DNA from: a virus
Length of the DNA: 48,069 bases
IMG/VR virus record: IMGVR_UViG_3300031234_000002
Strand: one strand, 5' to 3'
The position numbers and the translations under genes are program-made. Shown piece by piece: positions 16,926-25,844 of the stretch. The notes beneath the pieces are model-generated. The model saw only the letters and a program-made list of their open reading frames with translations, had not been told where the DNA came from and searched no databases. How positions within the stretch are numbered: the stretch's first letter is position 1; each line of letters starts with the position of its first letter.

Positions 16926-17752
16926 GCCCCCAGGAACTCAAGCTGGCCGTACACATACGCCTCATTACTTCCGGATTGTCCGGCCAAAACTGGAGTGCCT
17001 GTCACATTCATCACCGCCGCCAGTTGATCGCCTATAGCGCAAAGTATGATTGCGTCGAAAGGATAAGCCATCGCCCCGTCACTAACCTGCGGATATTGAG
17101 CGCACTGGCGGATGATTGAACTGTTTTTGAATATCTGAGTACCGATCAACTGACCGGCCGGCGCGGGAAGATAAGTTACGCCGGATAACCGATATTTTCC
17201 GGCCCATAAAGCGACGAATCTGTTGGACGAAGAATGTCTCAATCCAAAAGGATCGAATTCGACCGTATCCCAGAGCACTTCGGAATTACCGGATGCTAGG
17301 GTCTGTTGAGCGCTGGCATATACGCTCGCCACCGCTCTATCTGGAATCCATCCCGCGCCGCCCGTATCTGGATCGGTCACGTTGTTGTCAACAATCGATG
17401 TCCAAAATCCCGTCCCGGCAGCGGTGAGCAGTCGTGCCCCCTTTGGGTATCCACCGACAGCAGCGGAGAATACCGAGTCGTACTGGAAATTTCCCCCGGC
17501 ATTTGCCCATACGACTGGTGCCGATATTTGCCCCAGCGCCCCGTTCATATCCAAGCCGCTCATTACCACCCCGCCCTCGGGGATAGGTGTCATAGTGGCA
17601 GGAGGGAAGCCATCATTGAAGCTCGCAGCCCCAGGTGTGACGCCGATCTGCGATGGGACAGGAACAGTCCGCTTGCCGCCGAAGCCTCCGGAAGCGGCGG
17701 CGTTGACTGCGAAGGGTTCGACGAGTTTAACTGGTGCTCCGCTTAATAGCAT
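16922..17752 (-). CDS. Tail fibre with a C1q/TNF-like C-terminal domain
   Basis: The N-terminal part has fibre motifs (GAASFNDGFPPATMTPIPEGGVVMSGLDMNGALGQIS...GGYPKGARL...DNNVTDP). The C-terminal ~140 aa fits the C1q pattern (VLWDTVEFDPFG..RFVALWAGKYRLSG...IGDQLAAVMN...YVYGQLEFLG). ATG 17752 is 1 nt after the upstream TGA. Confidence 0.65.
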   Translation of the reverse strand: MLLSGAPVKLVEPFAVNAAASGGFGGKRTVPVPSQIGVTPGAASFNDGFPPATMTPIPEGGVVMSGLDMNGALGQISAPVVWANAGGNFQYDSVFSAAVGGYPKGARLLTAAGTGFWTSIVDNNVTDPDTGGAGWIPDRAVASVYASAQQTLASGNSEVLWDTVEFDPFGLRHSSSNRFVALWAGKYRLSGVTYLPAPAGQLIGTQIFKNSSIIRQCAQYPQVSDGAMAYPFDAIILCAIGDQLAAVMNVTGTPVLAGQSGSNEAYVYGQLEFLGA

Positions 17753-17753
17753 T

Positions 17754-18314
17754 TCAAACCCCTTCTGAGAATATCCCATTGCCCATAGTTGTCACCCACG
17801 GTTGACCCATTTCAGCGAAGCCGATGAGGGGGTATTCCTGTGCCTGAATTCCCATCATTACGCCAGATGGCCGCAGAAATATCCCCGACTGCTGGATTAT
17901 GAGCAGTTGCGTTGGGGTGAGGGCGAATTCGAAGTTGTATACCATCGTCATTCTGCCCGTATCGAGAACATAGGCGCGCGTCCCAGCCCCAAGCCAATTT
18001 TGAAGTAATTGATTGATGGCCTGAGAACTTGGGTACAGAATGTTGCTCAGAGCCTTGAGCAACACCAATGAACGAAACGCATCCTCGTCATCCAGGAACG
18101 TACCGAGAGCCGTAATGAGCGACTGCGGGATGCCGACAATGCGAGACCAGACGGCAAGTCCGAAAATATTGGCCGTATCCACATTGAAGATGGCGTTGTA
18201 GAAACCGTCAATATCGGCATGAGGGTCGATATTCGCATTCATCCCATTTACTAGAGAGAGAATGCGCGGGCTGTTGCCATATTGACTAATGATCGTCTGT
18301 TCGAGATTCTTCAT
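17754..18314 (-). CDS. Baseplate-associated protein (DUF2612-like)
   Basis: 186 aa. IISQYGNSPRILSLV...DIDGFYNAIFNVDTANIFGLAVWSRIVG resembles DUF2612. It lies between the J-like protein and the fibre. Confidence 0.5.
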   Translation of the reverse strand: MKNLEQTIISQYGNSPRILSLVNGMNANIDPHADIDGFYNAIFNVDTANIFGLAVWSRIVGIPQSLITALGTFLDDEDAFRSLVLLKALSNILYPSSQAINQLLQNWLGAGTRAYVLDTGRMTMVYNFEFALTPTQLLIIQQSGIFLRPSGVMMGIQAQEYPLIGFAEMGQPWVTTMGNGIFSEGV

Positions 18315-19582
18315 ACAAAGGTCACCGTGATATTTCCAGCAGCAATGCTGGGAGTCTGATCAATGCCCACCTGAGCTTGATATCCAGATGGTGACGGGGA
18401 TGTCCCGACCAGAACCCCCAGCAGCGTGACGAAACTTCCAATATTTGAGACCACGGCATAATACTGAGCTGCAATTACACTTCCGCCGATACGCGCCCTT
18501 GCGTTTCCGTTCTGACCTTGAAATTGAGCGATTATGGCGGCCTGTACAAGCGCGGTTAGGTTGCTCGGAAGATTGGCGGAGTTGACGATTTGAACCGAAA
18601 AATAGATCGGCAATCCTACGGGGCGAATGAAGCTCACCTGATACTGTGGCTGTGGGACGCTGTAAGTCGTATCTGCCACCGTGACGGTCGATACGGTACC
18701 CATCCCAGGGACTGGCGACTGTCCGACGGGGAATGCAGCATAGTCGCAGCCATCGTCCTTCTTCCCCCAGATGGCCGCCGCAACCTGAGCGTCGATGCCG
18801 CCCACCACTGCGACATAAATGGAGTGAGGCGCGAGCGGATAGTTGCTCGCATTGGCAGTCCCGCCAGGCAGCGGATTACCTGATTGCTCAAGGCCGCTCG
18901 GGTTGTCTAGTACGTAGCAATCGAGAACGTTGTCAATCTCAAAGACGTTGGCATAGATGGCCTGATTAGTCCCGCGCCCATTGATGGCGACCGAGTTCTG
19001 CCGGCGGAACTCAAAGTCTGCCCGACTCTCGACCACGTTCCCAAGGATACCGTCCGATGGGTTGGTGATTGTATCCCAACCGTTGATTTGCTGAAATACG
19101 CGAGTGAGAGTGCCGGCAGGACAGGCGACGGCCCCAGCTACCTGATTTTGCCACTGGCTGACCACCGTACCGCCCGCGCCGATGGTCACGCCGGTCAACA
19201 GGATGTAGCTATTGCCGCTTGTGTCCTGCGCCAGCGTGCCTGCTGGGATTGGGGTACTTGCGATACCTCCGAGCGTGCAAGTGACCGCCGTGGCCTGCGC
19301 AGGCTTGCGTGTGAGGAAGTATATGCGAGCGAGCCCATCCTGAAAGCGGCCGCTGGCGTATTGAGGGTCGAACTGATTGGCAAGAAAGAGAATCTGCGAG
19401 TCTTTGTCCGCAATGACAGCAGCCTCGCTGCTAGCCACCTGCCCCTGTGGAGTTGTCAGCCCCGGACCAAGCACGCCGCCAAAGGCGGAGTTGATATCAG
19501 CCTGCGTCCCGGCTAGAACGTCAGCTTCTTGAGGGACGATGACACCTTGATCGGTGAATTGTATTTGCGGCACGCTGGACAT
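18311..19582 (-). CDS. Baseplate J-like (wedge) protein
   Basis: 423 aa. The N-terminal pattern and the position after the W/gp25-like gene fit. ATGA overlaps on both sides. Confidence 0.6.
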   Translation of the reverse strand: MSSVPQIQFTDQGVIVPQEADVLAGTQADINSAFGGVLGPGLTTPQGQVASSEAAVIADKDSQILFLANQFDPQYASGRFQDGLARIYFLTRKPAQATAVTCTLGGIASTPIPAGTLAQDTSGNSYILLTGVTIGAGGTVVSQWQNQVAGAVACPAGTLTRVFQQINGWDTITNPSDGILGNVVESRADFEFRRQNSVAINGRGTNQAIYANVFEIDNVLDCYVLDNPSGLEQSGNPLPGGTANASNYPLAPHSIYVAVVGGIDAQVAAAIWGKKDDGCDYAAFPVGQSPVPGMGTVSTVTVADTTYSVPQPQYQVSFIRPVGLPIYFSVQIVNSANLPSNLTALVQAAIIAQFQGQNGNARARIGGSVIAAQYYAVVSNIGSFVTLLGVLVGTSPSPSGYQAQVGIDQTPSIAAGNITVTFV

Positions 19583-19947
19583 TAGAAGCTCACCACCGAA
19601 GAGACGTTGTTGGTATCGACCACGTATACGTTACCTGTCACTTGCCGATCTGTGTATCCGCTGATGACCGTTTGAGCCGTACTCACTCCCGGTACAGTCA
19701 AGGCCTCCGCATTCATCATTTCGACAATCAGTGAAGCTGGCGGCAACTTACCGAGAATTTGAGTCCAGTATGGTATCCCTTGAGTCGTATCGTAATACAC
19801 TTCGCTAGCGAACGTGCGAATGGCGCTGGCCACATCCTGAGCGACAGCGAGCGGCGGCGCAGCCACTGCGATATTGCCGTTGTTGTCCACGGTCAGATCC
19901 CAGGTGTTGACATCCAAAAGAAGCGTGCTGTATGGCTGTATGCTCAC
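19582..19947 (-). CDS. Baseplate wedge protein (gpW/gp25-like)
   Basis: 121 aa. Size, position and the DVASAIRTFASEVYYDTTQGIPYW pattern fit. Confidence 0.5.
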   Translation of the reverse strand: MSIQPYSTLLLDVNTWDLTVDNNGNIAVAAPPLAVAQDVASAIRTFASEVYYDTTQGIPYWTQILGKLPPASLIVEMMNAEALTVPGVSTAQTVISGYTDRQVTGNVYVVDTNNVSSVVSF

Positions 19948-20603
19948 GGTATCGGCGGCGTTGTCGGTTCGGGCGGTGTTCCAAAATCATGAATGTGGGT
20001 AGCCAAGCTGATTGAATCTGGCCCGGCCAGAACGTCAGTCTCCGCTACGATTGTACCGTTAGTTCGGACCACTACGCCCATCAAGTTGATTAAGGGCGCT
20101 TGGATGGTAATCGCGATGGGCGATACGATGTTGATCCCCTCGGGGCTGAATTGGATGTACTGACTCGGAGCTGATTGACTTAAACCTAGACCGATGTACA
20201 TGGCGTCCGAAAAGCTGTAGTACCGGTCAGAACCCGGATTGGCCTGAGCTTGTGTGCTAATTACCTTGGAAATATCCCGGCTAGCGAATAGGCAGAACCC
20301 TATGTCACCCGGCGCTGGATCGAGAATGATACCGTTGCCGGCGGCGCTCTGTATGCGCAAATAAGGGACGTTGGAAATTATGGTGTGTGGAGTGCTATTT
20401 CCGGCCCCATCCACCTGATTAACCTGTGGCTGCACATTCACGGTTCCGATGGGCGACAGACCTCCGCTGTTGGTGCATGAGATCACCCTCACCAGAGTCG
20501 CGGTCTGAATTTTGAGTATCAACTGCTCAATCAGAAAATGCAATTGATTGTAGCGCCCATAGGTGGTGAATGGGCTGAATAGACCTGGTGGTATGTTACT
20601 CAT
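19944..20603 (-). CDS. Central baseplate spike (gpV / gp138-N-like)
   Basis: ATG 20603 has an ATGA overlap with the hub gene. VNVQPQVNQVDGAGNSTPHTIISNVPYLRIQSAAGNGIILDPAPGDIGFCLFASRDIS matches the OB-fold spike pattern. Confidence 0.55.
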   Translation of the reverse strand: MSNIPPGLFSPFTTYGRYNQLHFLIEQLILKIQTATLVRVISCTNSGGLSPIGTVNVQPQVNQVDGAGNSTPHTIISNVPYLRIQSAAGNGIILDPAPGDIGFCLFASRDISKVISTQAQANPGSDRYYSFSDAMYIGLGLSQSAPSQYIQFSPEGINIVSPIAITIQAPLINLMGVVVRTNGTIVAETDVLAGPDSISLATHIHDFGTPPEPTTPPIP

Positions 20604-21511
20604 GATGACAACGCCAATCCGGTTTTGGAACCGCGAATATCCATCAACCACGATCCGTTAGGTTTCGCGCTCTCTAGCTTGAGGCTGAGACTGGTGACGA
20701 TCCAAGGCCCTTCCGCACGCGGCGTCTCGGGGCTAAGGATCTGCACGCTTCCGCCGAAGGTCACGGAAGGACTGAATAGCATTTGAAACTTCACCCCCAC
20801 CCCGTCGAAGGTAGGGTAGCCTTTGAGTCCGGATGTTTGGGATATGATCGGGACGAACTTAATGCGAGGTTGATTAACTGGGGTGATGGCGATGATGGTG
20901 TTATCGACATAAAGCCAGATGTTGTTATCACGGGCGATATCCTTCAATTGCTCAAGGCCAGTGTTGGCATAATACGGGTTTTTGATGGGAGTAAACGGGA
21001 CTCCGTTATTTTCAAAAGTGTAGACAGGTTGACCTGAATTGATACTGGCGTTGATTTTACCAATGACAATCTGCATCAGAGAGACGGCATCCGTGGGGCC
21101 GGAGAAGGCCGTAGGGGTAATGGGCTGCAAGGCGCTGAAGTAGGCCGCCTGAGCTCGGATACTGAGATATACATCCGGCATGTTGTCGTAGTTGGCCCAG
21201 GCGTTGACGATGTTGCCGACGAAGACGAGAGTGGTCTGATCGCCGTCTACGGCGAATATTTGAACCGTATTGGGAATGAATGCGAGCGGCTGCCACTGTA
21301 TTGTGGTTAAGGAATTCATTTCACTTTGCTTGACTCCGAATATGGAAGCTCGCAAAGTACCCATCATCGCCCCGCCGGCCTTGTCGATATCGACGACTGC
21401 GCGAAATCCCTGAAGCGTGACTGTATTGCCCGAAGACGACGAACCGAAGTTCCCCGTCCCGAGAGTGAACACAAACTTCAAATCTTTCGAATTGTCGAAG
21501 GATAGGGTCAT
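20600..21511 (-). CDS. Baseplate hub-like protein (gpD / Mu gp44 position)
   Basis: 303 aa. Called mainly from synteny directly upstream of the spike gene. Confidence 0.4.
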   Translation of the reverse strand: MTLSFDNSKDLKFVFTLGTGNFGSSSSGNTVTLQGFRAVVDIDKAGGAMMGTLRASIFGVKQSEMNSLTTIQWQPLAFIPNTVQIFAVDGDQTTLVFVGNIVNAWANYDNMPDVYLSIRAQAAYFSALQPITPTAFSGPTDAVSLMQIVIGKINASINSGQPVYTFENNGVPFTPIKNPYYANTGLEQLKDIARDNNIWLYVDNTIIAITPVNQPRIKFVPIISQTSGLKGYPTFDGVGVKFQMLFSPSVTFGGSVQILSPETPRAEGPWIVTSLSLKLESAKPNGSWLMDIRGSKTGLALSS

Positions 21512-21867
21512 TTGCAGTAAAGAACCCCCTGTGGAAATACCTGCCTTAAAGTCGCCCGTTCACTGGGGCCGTGCATCGGAGCTTCTTCCATCAGATCTCC
21601 GTTGGGAAAGTACCGCCGGGGCGCGAAGCTCAAATGAGGGAACTCCGCAGGGCATGAGAAATTGACCTGACGACCGTCCGCCGAAGTGACGACTATCCCC
21701 TTGGAGGTGGTCACGATTTTGATCGGATAGCAGGCTTCCTTGTGATTGTTGGAAACTCCACATTGAATAGCGGGAGCGGTGGCGACTGGCGCGGCGATGG
21801 GCTTTGAGCATCCTTCGATAACAAAGGCCATCGCGATAATAGTTTCGATACATGAGATTTTTTTCAT
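21508..21867 (-). CDS. Cys-rich putative exported protein or lipoprotein
   Basis: 119 aa. MKKISCIETIIAMAFVIEGCSKP: the lipobox-like IEG-C is atypical because of the Glu. Seven Cys in total. Coupled on both sides (TGA-T-ATG upstream, ATGA downstream). Confidence 0.55.
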   Translation of the reverse strand: MKKISCIETIIAMAFVIEGCSKPIAAPVATAPAIQCGVSNNHKEACYPIKIVTTSKGIVVTSADGRQVNFSCPAEFPHLSFAPRRYFPNGDLMEEAPMHGPSERATLRQVFPQGVLYCK

Positions 21868-21868
21868 A

Positions 21869-24800
21869 TCAATTGAATTGCTTGCAGGTCATCGTGCCCG
21901 ATGTTAGAAGTGCGCTGTACCACTGGCAAAGTTCCAAATGGCCGATTGCATTTGGATGCAAACCGTCCAAGCTGCTTATTGACGTGAACGATTGGGCTGT
22001 GAAGCTTAGGGTAACTCCGGTTTCGGGTCCGCTAGCCGTTGTCGGTACGGTTGTTCCGGTGGCATAATTGCGGCCAGGCTGGCCGCCGATTACAGTAGCG
22101 ACTGCCGCTCCCGAGCAAGTGTTGACCAGGAAGTATCCACCATAGGAACCCGCCTGTGTTGGGATGATCTTGTCACCTACATTACAGCCCCCGGTTCCGC
22201 CGCTTACCACCGTAGCAGTTGCAGGGAGAACTAGGCTTAAGTCTGGCGGATAGTAAGTGTAGGCACCGACCGTCACCCCCGGTGCGCCCGGTCCATCTTC
22301 GAGATACGTGCATGTGCCGAGCGTCAAGCAAAGATCCTGTACCATGATGCGCCACTGAGTACGAGAAGAGGCTCCTGATATTACCGTTCCGGCGGCAACC
22401 GCCGTAGATGTCCATACGCCTCCGACAAGGGTCATAGCCGTCAACGCCGTAGTGGTTGTATAGCTATCTCCGGTACATGCGTCCGTGCCGGTCTCAGTAT
22501 ATCCCCCGTTGTTAAGGATGGCTGGTATATAGATAGTCATGCTGCTATTCACGGCCTTGAGCGCAGCTATCGCATTTTTGAGCGCATAGGCTTCGATGCC
22601 GACGCAGTTCGCTGTTGATCCATAAATCGAAGATAGATGGACGAAATCGTTGATACCCCGAGCAATGATTGCAGTGGTCAACGATGAAGGCCCAGAGGTC
22701 TCCAGCGGGGTAACGTAGCTGTTGGCCCATGTCGTCGCGTATGAGGCCGGGAATCCGCTTCCTCCACCCGCCGTAGTGATTGCGCTGGGCGAAGTTGGCG
22801 TGTTGAAATCCATAACAGTTGTTGCGCCACCAAATCCTATAGCCGCAATGTTGGGAGTGGGTTGATTGCTACCGTATCTCCACATTGGACAAAATGAATC
22901 TGAGCTGCTGTAGGGCGGTGCGTTAAATCCTGAGCAAAGAATCGAGTCAGTGACTACCATCGTCACGTTGCCTGTTTCGGTTACCGGAACGGCGGTATAT
23001 TGTTGATTGTTTGGAATCGAGAAGCTGTTCAGGAACATACCGTCCAACTGCCCATAGAGGTCTGCGGCTGTAAAGCCGACCGCACTGTTTCCGAGCACCG
23101 CCCCAATGTTCACGTCAACGTAATAAAAGGTCGATCCTCCAGTGCCGGGAAGCGATACGTCCATATAACTATTTTGGCTGGCGTTTTGGATAGACGAGCT
23201 TTCCGCCGGAACCATGTTAGCAAGAGATGTCCCCACCCTTACCGTAGCGTCCTGACCATCGGCATCGGAGAACGGGAGGCCTGGAGAAAATGCGAAGCGT
23301 ATGGAGGGAGCGTTGGTGAAAATCACCGCATGAGATTGGGACCACTGGCCGTAGTAACTCAGGTTTCCAGCGGGATTGATCGAACCAACAGTGAAAAAAG
23401 CGTCAGCGGATGATCCCGTTTGTGTCGGAAATACTCGACAGCCCACCGAGAAGCTCGCGCCGGGGTTGGCAATCGTCGCACCTGTAATCACGCCACCGGA
23501 AGCGGTAATGTTGAGTAAAACGCCCTGCCCGTTACCCGAGCATCCGCTGGCGGTCGTTGTCGGAACGTTGTTTTGTGTCGAGTAACCTGACGTTCCAGCA
23601 TTGGTAAGCGTTAGCGAAGTGACTGTGTTGAAGTTGCCGCCGTTCGTGTACGGAAATGAGAAAGTGATGAACGGGGAATCGTGAAGGAATGGGTCGCCGT
23701 TGAAAAACGTGTGGGTATTCCACAGGGGGGCTGGTTGGGATGCGAGGGAAGTGAAAGCGTTGTTAGTAAAGCCATTCTCCGCCGATAACCAACCCGAGCA
23801 ACTCCCGGCTGAAAGGAATCCGCAATACATACCAGCGACCTGCGGTTGGGTTAGTTGCACGCCGGGGATATACCCAAACTCTTCAATCGCATAGTTAATT
23901 GACCCTGAAGTTTCCCAGGCAGACGCAGACGTGGCTGAAAGCGTTGAAGTCATCAAAGGAGAGATGAGAGTTGCACTGCCGTCGTTCATCATCGCACGCC
24001 ATGTACCGTTGCCAAAATCTACCAGCGTGGTAAGAGTCCCATTGAGTCCACCAGCTCCGTTAATCCCAGAATTAGATGTATAAGTTGGAAAGGACCAAGT
24101 GACGAAAGAGGATGTTGCCGTGTTAAACTCGGCGGCGAATCCGACTCCCAACTCAATCTCAAGTGATTTGGCTATGATAAAGGTATTGCCCGGAAAAACT
24201 GGATTTGTGCATGATCCCGATGTAGTGCAACTCAGCAATGGGGCTGCCCTTACCCATGTTGTGAACCCACCTACGTTAAACCCCGTACCCCAACTAGTGC
24301 TGCTTGCCTTATATCTTGGCAATGTAGCGGTCGATAACGTAGCAGCGGAACCCGTAATCTGCGAGGTTGAAGTTACTACAGTCCCACCAAATGCATAGGT
24401 CAATCCAGGGAGACCGATGGGGGTTGGCATGATGGACGGGCCGTTGCCCACAGAACCTTGCTCGCACCAACCTGAGTTTGGGATGCCAAATCCAAATCCA
24501 CCGGGGTTGAAATTCGGAAATCCCGAAGCCCCACCCACTGTTTGCACAAAGGTCGTAGACGTGCCTGTGGGGAGAATGTTGCTCACTGTCGCAGGACAAG
24601 TGCTTGCTCCGGTTGGATTGAAACGGAACACTCCCGCCGTAGCCGCGCCCGCGACGCTAGTCTGAAGCGCGGTCGGTACGATGATTCCATTGCTATTCAA
24701 TGCTGCCTGTTGGCTGAGCAATGAGTTGTTCATTGGAGTCAAAGCGGCGGCGCAACTCGCTACCGTTCCGGCTGCACACGCGGCTATGTTCGTAGCTTGA

Positions 24801-25834
24801 TTTGCATACGGCGTCGCCGGCATCGCATAAAGATCCGGAGTGGCTGTGCCAGCTAAGGCCGGGCCGGTTGTATAGGCATTCGTTCCGGGAGTGATGCCGG
24901 TAACTGTCAGGTTTGTATTTTGAAACGGAACGGCGGTCACATTCGGCAAAGTTCCCGACGGCGTCTGACAGGTCGTAGTACTCCCGTTGTAAAAGATGAA
25001 TCCCGTCCCGGAAGGACATAGGACTACTGCAATTTGAGGTCCAGTAGCGACACCAGTGGTATTCAACGCAGTTCGCACTACAAGCCCATTTGCTCCGGGA
25101 TCTCCAAGGCCGCCCGCACTTGAAGTTTGAGGATTGACTAAAGTCCATCCACTTCCGTTCCATTGAGCATGTGCTACCACGGTTGATAGCATATCGTTGG
25201 CAGCAAGGGCCGCTCCCGCTTGCTTGGTGATTACCGTCGCACTCCCAGGCGCGACAGCGAGGGTTGGCGTTGTGATTGCATTCCCTGCATGGGGTAGGAA
25301 ATTCACGGTCAACCCGGTCACAATCGAGGCAGGGGTAGGACTAAGGGCTACAGTATAGACGTTGGCGACACTACTGCTATCAGTCCCCATTACAGCAGCA
25401 GATAGAGTTGCTGCACTCGGAGGCATGAATGGAGTTCGGTTATCGTCAAGGCTGGTGATTGAGGATGATCCTGCGACAATGGTAGCCAGCAATGTCCCTG
25501 CTGCGGTCGAAAGAGACGTGCTCAAAGCAGGCGTACAAATTGCGGCAGTATTGAGGTACAGATAATTAGTCGCGCTCGCCGTCAGTGTCAAAATTCCGCC
25601 GGCATACTCAACATTCTTTCCGCCACAATTCACTGTGCCCGGACCTACCTGCAAATTCAAACCCGTGACCGCTGTGCAATTGGTTGCCGCATTCCCGCAA
25701 GGTGCATAACCAGGCGCAATCCCGTTCGAATATTTTGCATTGGCAGGAAAGATGGGGGCCTGTTGAGACTGAGGGTTCTGGGCAAAAACAACAGTAGCGG
25801 CGAACATCAGCCACGGCGCAATGAGTTTCTTCAT
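21869..25834 (-). CDS. Giant fibre-like protein with an N-terminal Sec-type signal peptide and a C-terminal SGNH/GDSL esterase signature
   Basis: ATG 25834 lies 6 nt after AAGGGG, giving MKKLIAPWLMFAATVVFA|QNPQ. 1321 aa, T/S/G/A-rich. It carries the fibre motif TPTLAVAPGSATVITKQAGAALAANDM. The last ~360 aa (21872..22960) hold VVTDS, GFGGAT, GIND and DGLHP in the SGNH block order. Confidence 0.7.
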   Translation of the reverse strand: MKKLIAPWLMFAATVVFAQNPQSQQAPIFPANAKYSNGIAPGYAPCGNAATNCTAVTGLNLQVGPGTVNCGGKNVEYAGGILTLTASATNYLYLNTAAICTPALSTSLSTAAGTLLATIVAGSSSITSLDDNRTPFMPPSAATLSAAVMGTDSSSVANVYTVALSPTPASIVTGLTVNFLPHAGNAITTPTLAVAPGSATVITKQAGAALAANDMLSTVVAHAQWNGSGWTLVNPQTSSAGGLGDPGANGLVVRTALNTTGVATGPQIAVVLCPSGTGFIFYNGSTTTCQTPSGTLPNVTAVPFQNTNLTVTGITPGTNAYTTGPALAGTATPDLYAMPATPYANQATNIAACAAGTVASCAAALTPMNNSLLSQQAALNSNGIIVPTALQTSVAGAATAGVFRFNPTGASTCPATVSNILPTGTSTTFVQTVGGASGFPNFNPGGFGFGIPNSGWCEQGSVGNGPSIMPTPIGLPGLTYAFGGTVVTSTSQITGSAATLSTATLPRYKASSTSWGTGFNVGGFTTWVRAAPLLSCTTSGSCTNPVFPGNTFIIAKSLEIELGVGFAAEFNTATSSFVTWSFPTYTSNSGINGAGGLNGTLTTLVDFGNGTWRAMMNDGSATLISPLMTSTLSATSASAWETSGSINYAIEEFGYIPGVQLTQPQVAGMYCGFLSAGSCSGWLSAENGFTNNAFTSLASQPAPLWNTHTFFNGDPFLHDSPFITFSFPYTNGGNFNTVTSLTLTNAGTSGYSTQNNVPTTTASGCSGNGQGVLLNITASGGVITGATIANPGASFSVGCRVFPTQTGSSADAFFTVGSINPAGNLSYYGQWSQSHAVIFTNAPSIRFAFSPGLPFSDADGQDATVRVGTSLANMVPAESSSIQNASQNSYMDVSLPGTGGSTFYYVDVNIGAVLGNSAVGFTAADLYGQLDGMFLNSFSIPNNQQYTAVPVTETGNVTMVVTDSILCSGFNAPPYSSSDSFCPMWRYGSNQPTPNIAAIGFGGATTVMDFNTPTSPSAITTAGGGSGFPASYATTWANSYVTPLETSGPSSLTTAIIARGINDFVHLSSIYGSTANCVGIEAYALKNAIAALKAVNSSMTIYIPAILNNGGYTETGTDACTGDSYTTTTALTAMTLVGGVWTSTAVAAGTVISGASSRTQWRIMVQDLCLTLGTCTYLEDGPGAPGVTVGAYTYYPPDLSLVLPATATVVSGGTGGCNVGDKIIPTQAGSYGGYFLVNTCSGAAVATVIGGQPGRNYATGTTVPTTASGPETGVTLSFTAQSFTSISSLDGLHPNAIGHLELCQWYSALLTSGTMTCKQFN

Positions 25835-25844
25835 CGTATTCCCC

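Noticed and set aside
17740-17756. The stop-start junction AGGGGTTTGAAATG is shared between DUF2612-like/fibre (about 17750-17763) and terS/next gene (about 45723-45736).
   Set aside because: A 13-14-nt match is within chance expectation for all pairwise comparisons in a 48-kb genome. This differs from the 21-38-nt exact repeats reported as findings, so it is noted only as a possible weak echo of the boundary-sequence theme.
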